Of a DNA stretch of 64,000 nucleotides, positions 1 through 12,115 are shown in pieces; position 1 is the first letter of the stretch, and each line of letters opens with the position of its first letter. Under the pieces are notes generated by a model. The model saw nothing but the letters and a program-made list of their open reading frames with translations, had not been told where the DNA came from and made no database searches. The stretch lies in assembly GCA_964252035.1 (NCBI GenBank), contig OZ176207.1, one strand, 5' to 3'. Source of the DNA: Podarcis erhardii. Its lineage: Eukaryota. The translations under genes were made by a program, and so were the position numbers.

Positions 1-2083
1 GGAGGTCAGAATGATGCTCTGTGTCACTGGATTGTCTAGTCATTTCTGGAAGTGCCTCTTGGAAGTTCTCAGCAACCACGAGGTTGAGGACCACAGTAGT
101 AGAGAGAGGAGCCTTCCCATTGTCCTTCACCAAGATGACCAGCTTCTGTTTCACAGCATCTTTCTCCAGAAGGGCTCGTGACGTCCTGATCTCTCCCGTG
201 TGGGTCCCAATGGTGAAAAGGGCCGGCTCTGTGGCCTGCAGCACTTGATAGGAGAGCCAGGCATTGTGCCCAGAGTCTGCGTCCACAGCCACCACTTTGG
301 TCACTAGGTAGCCTGGCTCTGCCGAGTGAGGAACCATCTCAAACAAGGCAGAGCCCTCGGCGCCTGGGACAGGATACAGAACGCGGGGGCTGTTATCGTT
401 CTGATCCAAAATGTACACCCACACGGTGGCGTTGTTGCTGAGAGAGGGAGAACCGCCATCTTGGGCCTTCACTTGGATCTGAAACTCCCTGAATTGCTCA
501 TAGTCAAAGGAGCGCTGTGCATAGATAGTTCCCGTCTCAGAGTTGATGGAGACGTAAGAGGAGAGAGGCAGCTCCTCCATGTTGCTGTTGAGGATGGAGT
601 AAGTGATACGTGAGTTGCGGTCCAGATCTGGGTCCGAGGCTTTGAGGGCAAAAATGGAGGCACCTGAGGGATTGTTTTCAGGCACAAAGACACTGTAGGA
701 TGATTTTTCAAAGGCAGGGGGGTTGTCATTGATGTCTGAAATCTGCAGGGAGATGGTTTTGTTGGAGGAGAGAGGAGGGCTACCTTTGTCAGTGGCCGTG
801 ATTGTGATGTTGTATCCTGAGGCTTTTTCTCTGTCCAATGGACTATCTGTGAGAATTTTGTAATAATTGTTAGATGAGGATAAGATTTTAAATGGTACAT
901 TACCTTGTAGATGGCATGTAATTTTTCCATTTTCTCCAGAATCTTTATCCTTTACATTGATAACAGCAATTACTGTCCCAGGAACAGAATCTTCAGGAAT
1001 TGGACTAGATAAGGAGGCAAGAATGACCTCTGGAGCATTGTCATTCTCATCTATAATCTTTATTTCAATTTTACAGTGAGCCACTAATCCCCCTCCATCT
1101 CTTGCTTTTATTGCCATAGTGTACTTTTCTGTTTCCTCAAAATCAAGATTCTCTGTATTCATAATTATTCCATTTTGTGCATCTATCCTAAATTTCTTGT
1201 AGACTTTGTCTGGTACTTTACTGAAACTATAACTGATCTGACTATTTGAACCTTCATCCCTATCAGAGGCTGCAATCTGAAGTATGGGAGACCCAGCAGG
1301 GGAATTTTCCCTCACACTGACCTCATAGACCTCTTGAGTGAAGACTGGTGGGTTGTCATTGGCATCTGTGACATTAATCCATATCTGCGCAGTCCCAGTT
1401 TTTCTGGGTTCACCCCCATCCAGGGCCGTAAGGATCAACTGAAGGGAGTGTTCGCTTTCCCGATCCAAAGGTTTTTGCAGGACCAATTCTGCATATTTAT
1501 GGCCATCCAGACTATCTTGAACCTCCAACGTGAAAAAGTGATTTTGGCTTAACTGGTAGTCATGAAGGGAATTCTTCCCAATATCAGGATCTTCAGCTTT
1601 CCCAAGGAGAAATCTGGCACCTGGCAATGTGGATTCAATTATTTCAAGCCTTATATTGTCATCCAGGAAATGCGGTACATTGTCATTAATGTCCTGAATT
1701 GCTACACTTACATGGAAAACATTTAATGGATTTTCAACTAAGGCTTCAAGATTAATGAAGCACTGTGTGCTCTCTCTGCACATTCCCTCACGGTCTATCC
1801 TCTCATTCACATTCACATTTCCATTTTCTGCATTGATACTGAAATATGGTTTTTTACCTTCAGAAATGATATGCAGGTTTCTATTCCTCAGTTCTCTGGC
1901 ATTCAGTCCCAAATCCTTGGCAAGATTTCCCACAAAGGACCCCTTTGCCATCTCTTCAGGGATGGAATAGTGAATTGACTCTGAGATCTCCCAGCAGAGG
2001 AAAAACAATAATAGTAGAAGCAAAATGTGGCTTCTGAGTGCCCTGAAGCTTTCTCTAGGAATAACTTCCATCCTCATCTCCAT
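1..2083 (-). CDS. PCDHGB: Protocadherin gamma variable exon V1 (gammaB-like, B2 group), 3'-truncated by the window edge
   Basis: Hand translation of the minus strand from ATG 2083: [80 protein letters not shown]..., with cadherin DxNDN, LDRE and LDFE motifs and no stop seen through EC4-EC5. It is missing from the ORF track only because the stop lies outside the window. Bases 1-700 are near-identical to the 3' halves of V4, V6 and V8. Subfamily symbol only; no 1:1 orthology implied. Confidence 0.92.
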   Translation of the reverse strand, partial: MEMRMEVIPRESFRALRSHILLLLLLFFLCWEISESIHYSIPEEMAKGSFVGNLAKDLGLNARELRNRNLHIISEGKKPYFSINAENGNVNVNERIDREGMCRESTQCFINLEALVENPLNVFHVSVAIQDINDNVPHFLDDNIRLEIIESTLPGARFLLGKAEDPDIGKNSLHDYQLSQNHFFTLEVQDSLDGHKYAELVLQKPLDRESEHSLQLILTALDGGEPRKTGTAQIWINVTDANDNPPVFTQEVYEVSVRENSPAGSPILQIAASDRDEGSNSQISYSFSKVPDKVYKKFRIDAQNGIIMNTENLDFEETEKYTMAIKARDGGGLVAHCKIEIKIIDENDNAPEVILASLSSPIPEDSVPGTVIAVINVKDKDSGENGKITCHLQGNVPFKILSSSNNYYKILTDSPLDREKASGYNITITATDKGSPPLSSNKTISLQISDINDNPPAFEKSSYSVFVPENNPSGASIFALKASDPDLDRNSRITYSILNSNMEELPLSSYVSINSETGTIYAQRSFDYEQFREFQIQVKAQDGGSPSLSNNATVWVYILDQNDNSPRVLYPVPGAEGSALFEMVPHSAEPGYLVTKVVAVDADSGHNAWLSYQVLQATEPALFTIGTHTGEIRTSRALLEKDAVKQKLVILVKDNGKAPLSTTVVLNLVVAENFQEALPEMTRQSSDTEHHSDL

Positions 2084-2297
2084 TCTCCTGCTAATGAGCA
2101 GGTGAGCTTTTTGTTGTTTTCAAAAAACAGGGATACAGAAGAATAAGTTGATTCCCTTGATTTCCCTCTCAGTTTGCTTGTATCCCATTTGTTTCCTCAT
2201 CTCAGTAACAGCAGGCAGGACTTTGTAGTCTGTTCTTTCTGTAGCTGGTAAGTAGCAATCTGACAGTGGATGCCTAATAGCTCTTTGCTTCCCAAAT

Positions 2298-2320
2298 TGG
2301 CCAACAGCGACACTGTGAGT
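2298..2320 (-). promoter_or_regulatory. CSE (CGCT box, CTCF site) of the V1 promoter, intact CGCT
   Basis: Minus strand ACTCACAGTGTCGCTGTTGGCCA, about 215 bp upstream of the ATG. Confidence 0.85.
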
Positions 2321-2794
2321 TCCAACTGAAGAACTGCAAGTGAATCAGCTCCAAGAATAAACCGGAAGAACTGAAATATATGTTTTCCCTCTCCATAAAA
2401 AACATTTTAATACTTTGAAAGCAACATTTAGTGACTAAAAGCAATTGTGTTATGTATTACAGTACTAAGTTCTTGACCATATTGATGGATGTGTGCAACC
2501 CCTTCAGACTTTTAATGTTTTCAACAAAATATCCCTCACAGGCCATTTGCAAGAAAATCACTTTATATACATAAAATATTATATTTTAATTAGATGAAAG
2601 TTCTGGATTTCATCCCTTATATTCCCTTCTTTTTTGAAATAACAATTGCTTTTAAAAAAATTATCCACATTTAACATTCCTTATTTTTTTTAAAAAAGTA
2701 TTTGTAAAAAAGTATTTTTAAAAAAAACAGGAAAGGGTCACTTTTTTGTAGATTCAGTCCAGTAAAGATGGTCTGTGTTCATAGGATTCTTGCA

Positions 2795-3036
2795 CAGTGG
2801 TACCTCGGGTTACATATGCTTCAGGTTACATACGCTTCAGGTTACAGACTCCGCTAACCCAGAAATAGTACCTCGGGTTGAGAACTTTGCTTCAGGATGA
2901 GAACAGAAATCGTGCTCCAGCAGCACGGCAGCAGCAGGAGGCCCCATTAGCTAAAGTGGTGCTTCAGGTTAAATACAGTTTCAGGTTATGAACGGACCTC
3001 CGAAACGAATTAAGTACTTAACCTGACGTACCACTG
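2795..3036. mobile_element. Tc1/mariner (Tigger/pogo-like) MITE
   Basis: Terminal inverted repeats CAGTGGTACCTCGGGTT and the reverse complement of AACCTGACGTACCACTG. TA follows the right end; the left flank reads CA. Internal short repeats gcttcaggtt. Confidence 0.75.
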
Positions 3037-3268
3037 TACCTGAAATGTTTGATGCCAATGGACAGTTTTCTGAAACTCTTCCCTCAAGACCAGTAGATTT
3101 TTTTTGACTTTGACTACTCACAACAATGTTTCAGTACATTTTCCAAATAAGGGAGGAAATGTGCCGCTAACAATTAGGCATGTAGATGTATATGCAGAGG
3201 ATACAACAGCTTGCCAATATGGCAAGGTTGAAAACATTTATACTACATCTATCACCAATGCAGATCTT

Positions 3269-3428
3269 CACAAACTGTGAGATGGGAGCACCACTGAAAT
3301 TCACACTCCAGCTGAGAATTTCTCCATCTGTGCAACCTGATGGCCAGTAACACAAGGAGGAAGATGAGGAACAAGCAGGAGACAAAAGCCACTGCAAGGA
3401 CCAGGTAGAAGGTGAGGTTAGACGGAGG
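3269..3428 (-). pseudogene. Relic fragment of a gammaA variable exon (TM plus juxtamembrane cytoplasmic part), frameshifted
   Basis: Aligns by eye to V10 at about 55813-55981 (cacaaactgtgagat...gaaggtgagg(t/c)cagacggagg region), encoding [14 protein letters not shown]...[12 protein letters not shown]. It lacks the 11 nt ccgactcaagc present in V10, which shifts the frame. The flanks are not Pcdh-like. Confidence 0.85.
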
Positions 3429-4426
3429 AGCAGATGATGGAAGTTTCTGTGCTAACTTAGAGAAACATAGACAGAGGAAACAAAGTCAAATTTCAAAACT
3501 ATGTTAGAAAAAAAAGAAGGTTCAGCACCAGAAGAGAGATTTATGGTGAACATTTCCAGTTTTAGGAGCAATTCAGACATTGTATAGAACATTGTGCTGT
3601 ATCATTCTTTGGATATTTTCATGAAAAAAGTTATAAAACAATCTATTAAGGAGTCTTTGAGTCTGGGGTACATTGCCTTAGATTAGTTTGCTTTCTCTTT
3701 CTCTTTCCAACAATATGATATTTTGATTCGATGGGGGAACACTGGTGGGAGCAACACTGAAATAAGAGTGGCCCAGATACATTGCATGGAATTCATTCTC
3801 TTGTTGATCAGGAGGGGTGGAATTGTGAGAGGAAAGAGACCCTCTCAGGCCACAATACTCCCTTATATACACATCTCCTAAAAACTCAGAAACCTATGCT
3901 TGCACCATATAACCTGCTGCTTCTGGTTAGTTAATCAGTTAATCCTACTTCATTACTCATAAGCACTGATAAATTAAGATCCTCACTACAAGTAACACAG
4001 AGAAGGAATGTATAAGAGAGCATTTTTAGATTACAACTCTGAAAGTGTGTTTAGGGGCAACATGTTTATGTTAAATGCTCTTAAGTATCTGCTATGAGAG
4101 AATGGCCAGGATTGGGATGAGATGGTGGTTTCATTGGTTTGATGTTGCCTCTGATTCCTGGAATAGGATGGGTGTAGTAATCATGTGATCTGATATTTTG
4201 CTGCCATAAAAATGCTAAGTTTTGTCATAGTGCATTCATGGTGTATGCAAAAATTACTACAGTAAGTCTGGAACGCATCTGGAGAACAACTGCAAATCCA
4301 ACCAAATGACCGGTTTGCGCAGGGTTTTAAAGACAGGCTTTAAAAGGAAACAGTTGTAGATGGTCTACACAGAAACCTAGGAGGATGCAACAAAGAAATA
4401 AAAGAAATAAAATTGAATCCATGTCA

Positions 4427-4580
4427 TAGGGTTGCCATATGTCCTCTTTTGACAGGACATGTACTCTTTTTCATGGGTATGTATAATGAGAGTCGTCATT
4501 TTACATACATTAAAACATTAGTTAAAAGTAGAGGTTGGCAAATGTGTCCTCTTTTTTCTATTCTAAATATGGCAACCCAG
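4427..4580. mobile_element. hAT-like MITE (GGGTTGCCATAT termini)
   Basis: Perfect 12-bp inverted termini GGGTTGCCATAT...ATATGGCAACCC and subterminal tgtcctctttt repeats. No 8-bp TSD found. Confidence 0.55.
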
Positions 4581-5404
4581 GAAGATAAAAAATGATAAGA
4601 GGACCACAAGAAACAAATGAATAGAACAGAGATGGATCAGGTGGACTGCGTATTTCAAGGAGAAGAATAGTTGACAAAGTGCAAATAGAAGAAGAATGGC
4701 AATAGAATGAAAAATTGTAAAACAAAATTATAATTTAATGGCAGTATGCCATAAATAGAACTTCCGGTATAGATGAGATGTGTCAGAAAATGGAATCACA
4801 ATGTGTAGTTTTTGTTCTCACTCTTACATTTAGCCCTATTTTGATTTACAGTATTTATAGCACACTCTTCATTGAATATTTTCAGTCCCAATGACTTGAG
4901 TCCACTAAAGTTTATACCATAACAAATATGTTTGGTTTGCATCCAATGCTTATGTTTCTTCTCCCCTCCCCTCCCTGCAGTCCTTCCTCTGCTCTGGAGG
5001 ATCCCCAAATTGTCCTAATAAACAGTATTTAAGAGATCAGCTTGGCCCTACAACACTGAAAAATGGCAAAGCCCAACCCCTACCCCAAATGAGGAAGCAA
5101 CTACAAATGAAGAAAGAAATTGTCAGTTTGCATCTAAAGCAGCATGCTGGCCATTACTTTTGATGGGAATCGCATAAAAACGTCCCCTATACTTTTCCAG
5201 CCCCCAGAGCTCCAGTTTACAACTAGCTGCTGTATAGAGCTTAGATAATTTGAAGGCTGGGTGATGGGAAAAGAGAGAGGGCAGGAGAAGGCCAAGCCAC
5301 ACATAAAATGATGGCCAGCACATTGCCATTTGTGTGCACCTGAGGATATGGCAGGAAAGAGGAGTGGAAGCAAAGCCTTTCCTCCTCCCAGGAAGGGAAG
5401 GGGT

Positions 5405-6171
5405 TGTGATCGGGAGACGATTCCTGCGTCATGCAGGGGGCGCTCCGCCCCCTGCTTCAACTCCAGGGCTGGCGTGCCACGCCCCTCCCCAGTTGGGCAC
5501 CCAATAGGGAAGCTCAGCGGGGGCGTGGCTTGCTGCTCAAACGCAGCCGCGGCAGCCATCCCCACCATTGCACACACATTTTATTTGAGTCACCCACCCT
5601 CCACTACCTTTAGATTAGCTGTTCCTGAGACTTTGCTATGGACCTCTGGTTGGTCGCCCTGTTTAACCAGGGGGCCTGGTAGGAGTTTTTTCCAATTGGC
5701 TAAATTGGCCCGGCCTCTTGGGTTTTTTCCCGCCTACCTCGTAGCAACCGTCCCAACTTTCCTGGTATTTGGTGGTTAGGCATTGGAATGTGTTGTTGGT
5801 GTTTCGGGGGGTAAGGTGTGGCCATCGCCTTCCCTGGCAATTTTGGGTATTCCGCTAAGGGAATCCGGCGGTCGTGGATCCTGTCCGATGCCCGTGTGGC
5901 GGGGGGCCATGGCACGACCCCCGGTGACATCAGGAAGAGAGCCTATAGTTGGATTAGCACCAACAGGCTTCCCCTATTGGTGGTTAACCCCTCCTCAGAC
6001 TCACCCCTCCAAGAGTGGGTGGAGTCTAATGTTCCGTCGTCCAATGCCTAAGCCAATACCTTCTCACATCCTGTAATCAATAAAGTTGTGGCCTTTACCT
6101 TACCCATTAACCTTATATTCTGTGTCCACATGTCTTTATTCCCCAAGCGGGGATTGGGTCCTCGAATCACA
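5405..6171 (+). mobile_element. Solo LTR-like element (boundaries uncertain; alternative 5' end at 5620)
   Basis: A GC/CpG-rich block in an AT-rich spacer with TGTGAT...ATCACA inverted termini, several CCAAT boxes, and AATAAA near 6078 followed by a U5-like gtctttatt tract. No TSD confirmed. Confidence 0.45.
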
Positions 6172-6694
6172 AGCAAGAAGCTTGCATACAGATGCATCCT
6201 AAATATAATTATTCTTAAATCGTTCAGCACTTCTGCACACTACTTCTGGAAACCTCAATAAAGCTACTCCTTACGGACATCATTACTTTGAAAGTCCAAG
6301 ACACTGAGACTGCAGTCTTATACATGTTCACTTCACCTGGAGTTCCTTTTGAGTAGACATGCATGGGATCCTACTGTTAACTTCCAACGTCATAAATACC
6401 ACAGAACTGGTTTAGTAGTCCAACTGAGTAAAGCAAAGCTACTTGGATCCAATGCTTAGATATTTTTGCCTTGACACTATAAACCTTACTCTTTTATCAT
6501 GCATAAATGAGTAGATGGTTCATGAGGGGCCCAATAAATAAGGCTGAGCTACTGCTTTCCAGATTTAAATAACTCATTTTTCAGTAAACATATATGTCAG
6601 AGAAAATGAATTCTCCTCCATATAATGTTTCAGTGTCAGTTATGGTAAAAGATCATGCAGCATGCAATGAAAAATATTCTGGAATAAACCCTAC

Positions 6695-9115
6695 CTTATC
6701 ACCACTTGCCATCTCAGAAATTAAATTGCTTCCTCCGTTGCCTGTAAAAGGCACAGCAGGATTTTCACCAACAATAATATTGTCTGCAATCTGAACATTG
6801 GGTGTCAGGAAGGCAAACTCATTCTTCCTGGTCTCAGAAGACAGACACAGCTGGTAGGAATAGGGCAAAGTCCCATCTTCAAAGTTGGGTGGGAAGATGG
6901 CACCATTTTTGGAATGGGGAACCGGACCAAAGCACTGTAGGAACCTGGGATGCCCTGATTGACGGAGCTTCATTGTAACGGCCAGAATGACAGTCAAGAG
7001 GAACAAGAAGGAGATCACAGCTAAGGCCAGCACCAAGTAGAACTGCAGGTCAGACTGATACTCCGAGCTGCTGGGTTGGCTCTTCATTTCCGGAAGGGCC
7101 TCCTGAAAGTTCTCAGCAAACACCAGGTTCAGAGTAATGGTGGCCGAGAGAGACGGCTGCCCGTTATCCTTCACCATAATGACCAGTCTCTGTTTCACAG
7201 CGTCTCTCTCCACAAAGGCCCTGGCTGTCCTGATCTCTCCAGTATGAAAACCAACTGTGAAGAGTGCTGGCTCAGTGGCCTGAGTGAGGTGGTAGGAGAG
7301 CCAGGCATTATGTCCAGAATCTGCATCCACGGCCACCACCTTGGTGACAAGATAATCTGCCTCGGCCGAACGAGGCACCATCTCAAACAAGGCTGAGCCC
7401 TTGGCTTCTTGTGAGGGGGACAGGATACGAGGGCTGTTATCATTCCTGTCAAGAACAAACACCCTGACGCTCACATTGCTGCTGAGAGGGGGAGAACCCC
7501 CATCTTGGGCCTTCACTTGCAGCCGGAACTCTCTGAATTGTTCATAGTCAAAGGATCTCTGGGCATAGATGGTGCCGGTCTCTGAATTAATGGAGATATA
7601 GGAGGAGATGGGAAGCTCCTCGATGTTGCTGTTGAGGATGGAGTATGTGATCCGTGAGTTCTGGTCCATATCGGGATCAGAGGCTTTGATAGTGAAAATG
7701 GAGGCACCTGAAGGATTGTTTTCTGGCACGTAGATGTTGTAGAATGGCTTCTGAAAGGAAGGGGCATTATCATTGATATCTGAGATCTGTAGTGAGATTG
7801 TTTTGTGTGTGGAAAGAGGTGGGGTTCCTCTATCAGTGGCTGTGATTGTAATATTATATGCAGGAGCTATTTCTCTGTCCAAAGGACTGTCTGTCTGGAG
7901 TTTGAAGTAATTGTTAGATGAGGGAAGAATTTTGAAGGGTAAATCATTGTTTAAGTAGCAAGTAACCTTTCCATTATCACCACTATCTCTGTCATTCACA
8001 TTAATCAGAGCAATAACAGTTCCTGGCAGAGAATCTTCAGGAACAGGACTGAACATGGAGGCTAACGTCACCTCTGGGGCATTATCATTCTCATCAAGCA
8101 CAGTTATTTCAATATTGCAATGTGTCAACAGTCCGCCACCATCTTTTGCTGTAACCATCATTGTATATTTTTCAGTTTCCTCAAAGTCCAACGGATCTAT
8201 AAGAGTGATTGTGCCGTTGATTGGATCCAGTCTGAATTTCAATTGGACATTTGCTGGTATGTTGCTGAAATGATACCTGATTTGGGCATTTGTACCTTCA
8301 TCCTCATCAGAGGCTGAAACCTGAAGCACAGGAGATCCAAGGGGAGTATTCTCCCTCAAACTGACCTTGTACACCTCTTGAGTGAAAACAGGTGGGTTGT
8401 CATTCACATCAGTGACATTAATCCGTATCTGGGCTGTTCCAGTTTTCCTAGGCTGACCGCCATCCAAGGCTGTAAGGATTAAGTGGAGCGTCTGTTCATT
8501 TTCCCGATCCAGTGGTTTATTTAGCACTAATTCTGCATAACTATTTCCATCTTTTCTCTCTCTAACTTCCAAAGTGAAGTACTGATTGGAGCTCAGCTGG
8601 TAATCCTGGAGAGAGTTCATCCCAATGTCAGGATCTTCCGCCTTCCCAAGGAGAAACTGTGTACCTAGCAGAGTGGATTCAAGGATCTCTAAATTGATAT
8701 TGCTATTCAGGAATTGGGGTGCATTATCATTAACATCCTGGATTTCTACTGTGACATGGAAAACATTCAGCGGGTTTTCCACCACAACTTCAAACTGAAC
8801 AAAGCAAAGTGGATTTTTGCCACATATCCCCTCCCTATCAATTCTATCATTTACATAGAGGTTTCCATTCTCTGCATTGATAGTGAAATGCTGCATTTTA
8901 GCCACAGACACAGTGTGCAGATTGCGATGTTTTAGCTCTTTGGTGCTCAGTCCCAGGTCCTTGGCGAGGTTCCCCACAATGGAACCCTTTGCCATCTCCT
9001 CAGGGGTTGAATAATGAATCTGCTCTGATGCAGCCCAACAGGTAAAAGACAATAGAGAGAGAAGCAGTACTTGCCTTGTGAGTGCCCTGTCATTCCCTGG
9101 GTGCCTTCTCTCCAT
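6695..9115 (-). CDS. PCDHGB: Protocadherin gamma variable exon V2 (gammaB-like, B1 group)
   Basis: 820-aa ORF 6653..9115 with signal peptide, six cadherin repeats, TM ([24 protein letters not shown]) and the gammaB-type [12 protein letters not shown] and EGTLPYSY motifs. Phase-0 donor AAG|GTAGGG at 6695/6694. Confidence 0.95.
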
Positions 9116-9379
9116 CTGGCTGGTTCTCTCAAAAACAGGCTGCTTCCTTTTCTCAGTTTCCTATGCTCAAGCTCTCACAGTGATGCAGGAAACAACATGA
9201 GGTATCATTGAGGAAGAATAAACTGCCCTTGTTTTGTGCAAAGCAAAAGAGATTTTCCCTTCTCTGCAAGAGTTCCCTGTCTCTTGCTCTTCAGTTGGCC
9301 TGCTCTGAATAGCAGTGATGGGAGTTACTGCAGTCTAGGAAGCATCAATGGATCTCTATCCTCTCTCTGGCTCTCATAC

Positions 9380-9402
9380 TGGCCAACACTGACACTTGGA
9401 GG
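9380..9402 (-). promoter_or_regulatory. CSE of the V2 promoter, variant core CAGT
   Basis: Minus strand CCTCCAAGTGTCAGTGTTGGCCA, about 265 bp upstream of the ATG. Confidence 0.75.
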
Positions 9403-9676
9403 ACCACTGAAGGAACTGCAAGGAAAACCATGTTCACCATAACATAGAAAGATGGAACTGAAAGAATGTACATGTTTCTACAATGTGAACTTTCTCTTTA
9501 GCCAACTGCAAGTGGGGCATTTGAAAAAGCTTTTCCTTGTTTCACCTTTGTTTAGCATATTTATTACTTATTACTTTTATTGTCCACACCTTCAGCAACA
9601 AAGGCTTCCAGGGTGGGGTACAGGTCCAAAACAGCAACATAAATAAAACAAAAATAAAATAAACTACACTCATAAT

Positions 9677-9851
9677 AGAGACCAACTAAGTTTGTTATTG
9701 ATATTAGCTTTCATGTGCATGCACACTTCTTTGTGCATGCCCATGAAAGCTCATACCAATAACAAACTTAGTTGGTCTCTAAGGTGCTACTGGAAGGAAA
9801 TTTTTTATTTTGTTTCAACTACGGCAGACCAATACACCTACCTACCTGTAG
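9677..9851. mobile_element. Penelope-like element remnant with an inverted terminal segment
   Basis: 13-bp TSD CTACACTCATAAT at 9664-9676 and 9852-9864. The interior is a 49-bp inverted repeat (3 mismatches, 6-nt loop). It resembles, from recall, reptile Penelope termini of the type GCACCTTAGAGAC(C/T)AAC...AGCTTTC...CACTTC. Confidence 0.7.
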
Positions 9852-10444
9852 CTACACTCATAATGTTTGGTTATGAATAGATTTCATTTATTTTCTAACT
9901 GGCCTCAATCCAGCTCCCTTTCAAAATGGGATTGGTGGCTCTGGCAGATTTTTATTATTCCCCTTACGCATACATGCAAAAGAAGCACAAACTATCCCTT
10001 TTTAAATGCAGTGGAAGGCCCTTTGAGATACTAGGTGTGGATAAACCTCTGGATAATCCCCCCCCCCCCGCTTCACTCAGTTCCCTTCAGCAACAAAGTG
10101 AAGTATGGGCGCTCTTTTCCCTGCTACTCTTCTCAGTAACCTCAGTTCTTGGTAGATGTGGGCAGAGATGGCAGTTAGGAGTTTTGCAGACATATTCAAA
10201 GGAAGAGTCCTCTTTTGCCCTCCTTGTCAATAATGGGTGTAGCTTCTTCATGCACTAGGACTTTGACTGAGGAGGCTGCAGCTCCCAGAGGAGGCCAGTG
10301 GCTCTCTCCAAGGTCTTCAGCAAAGGGGTCAGAAGACAGCAGTGGAACACAGAGGCTAGAGCTACTTTCAGTGGCTTTTTAGATAGTACTGTGAAAATTG
10401 AGATTGCATCTGGGACTGTAGTTTCGCTTACATGAAGATGAAAC

Positions 10445-10786
10445 GGCCTCGGTCCAGTATACCTGAAGGAGCATCTCCACCCCCATCATACTGCGCGGAC
10501 GCTGAGGTCCAGCGCCGAGGGCCGTCTGGCGGTTCCCTCATTGCGAGAAGCAAAGCTACAGGGAACCAGGCAGTGGGCCTTCTCGGTAGTGGCGCCCACC
10601 CTGTGGAACGCCCTCCCACCAGATGTCAAAGAGAACAACAACTACCTGACATTCAGAAGACATCTTAAGGCAGCCCTGTTCAGGGAAGTTTTTAACGTGT
10701 GATATTTTACTGTATTTTTGGTTTCTATGGAAGCCGCCCAGAGTGGCTGGGGAGGCCCAGCCAGATGGGCGGGGTATAAATAATAA

Positions 10787-10830
<44 letters not shown>
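10445..10830 (+). mobile_element. L2/CR1-clade LINE 3' end with (ATT)n tail
   Basis: The plus strand encodes an RT C-terminus-like peptide (LGPVYLKEHL...AFSVVAPTLWNALPP...FRRHLKAALF), followed by a 3' UTR and an (ATT)n tail at 10787-10830. Confidence 0.75.
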
Positions 10831-10831
<1 letters not shown>

Positions 10832-12115
10832 CTCATGTCCACTTTTTATTGGTAATATGGTGACATTGTTAATATATATACTTGTGTACAGTTATAACCA
10901 GTATATTTAACATTTCCCCACCATATTACATATCTGTGTTGCACAAATAAACTGTGCCATTAATTTGAAGCAGAGAATTGAATCCTGTCATGGTAAACAG
11001 TGTGGGGTGGTTCATGGTTTGAGAGTTTCTTTATCACCAGTAGTTGCTGATCCTTGGTGATACTTCCAAGTGAAGAGCCTTCCTCCATGTCCTCAGGGAA
11101 AAAGTGGCGAATCTTCAAGGAGTGGTAATGACTTGCCAATGTTAACAGATAAAAGAGACAGAGTGATAAAAGATTTGTCAGTCTAAGGTGTTAGAAGGGG
11201 GATCTTCTGATTCTGAGGTATAAATAGGACCAATGTGAGCAATTTTGTTAGCAGGTTTTATTGAAAATATGCCACCGTGGTCTTTAGGAGGTAGCTTGCT
11301 TTGGGTGGTGGGGATAGATTTGAGTTGTAACTTCCTGTCAACAGCTAAAACAATCCTGCGTGGCACCCCCATGCAATTTCAGCGAACAAGGAAACTCTCT
11401 TTGCTGCTCCTAAGACAAATCATAGAAATGCAAACGGGCCTTGTGCCATGTTCAGACATATTTAACAAAAGCCTGGCATTCTTTATAAAGTTATCTAACT
11501 CCATCCAGAACTGAAAGATTTTCATTGCTCTCATAGCTTCTCTTATTCATATTGCAGAAAGTTTTTTTAAAAATCATACAAAATATAAGGATGATAAATA
11601 TACAATTACATATGGCTTGAGCTAACCGGAGGCAACTATAGCAGGACACACATCAAAACTACCCCCCTCCCACCATTGGGACTTTGCAGAGTTATGTGGC
11701 CACTGCCAGATCCACAGCCCTGCTGTTCACATTAGCCATGGCAGAATATGGGGATCCAGAATGACCTGGTCCAAGTCTGTTGCATGACTGCAGCAAGACT
11801 GGCTCAGGATACAGCAGTTACTGGGCCAGCTCAGCCATGTCGCTGCCCTCAGAATGCCCCATTTGGGGCTCTCCATTGGCTCCTGTACATCCAGCAGGTA
11901 GAAGGTGATGTCAGCTGAGCTGAGAGAGCCAGGCAGGGGGACCTCTCTGCCTAATCCAACTCCATTCCCTGGCTCAGTGGAAATGGGGATTGGATTGCTT
12001 TGTGTATCATCACTGGCTTATTAAAATACCTGTCTGACCTCTTTAGACTCTCAGATGATGCCAAATATTATTGCTCAAAATGTGAAATAAATTTGCCTTG
12101 TTATAATATCCTACT

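Noticed and set aside
21-613. Recurrent plus-strand ORFs ([10 protein letters not shown]..., [11 protein letters not shown]..., [10 protein letters not shown]..., [11 protein letters not shown]...) repeated at each exon
   Set aside because: They are antisense shadows of the homogenised Pcdh 3' halves. They recur only because the underlying exons are near-identical, start mostly at non-ATG codons and show no independent coding signal.
469-930. Short same-strand alternative-frame ORFs inside variable exons (also 33317..33748 and 50798..51280)
   Set aside because: Off-frame by-products of cadherin codon usage, with inconsistent lengths among paralogues.
1-2083. V1 as a pseudogene because it is missing from the ORF track
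   Set aside because: Manual translation showed no stop or frameshift; the ORF simply runs off the window.
5405-6175. A target-site duplication for the LTR-like element
   Set aside because: The flanks (GGGT or TAGC versus AGCA) do not match for either candidate 5' end, so the boundaries stay tentative.
11160-11560. Possible LINE or retroviral coding remnant (ORFs 11178..11372 and 11245..11514)
   Set aside because: No recognisable RT, endonuclease, gag or ORF1 motif in my translations; left unassigned.
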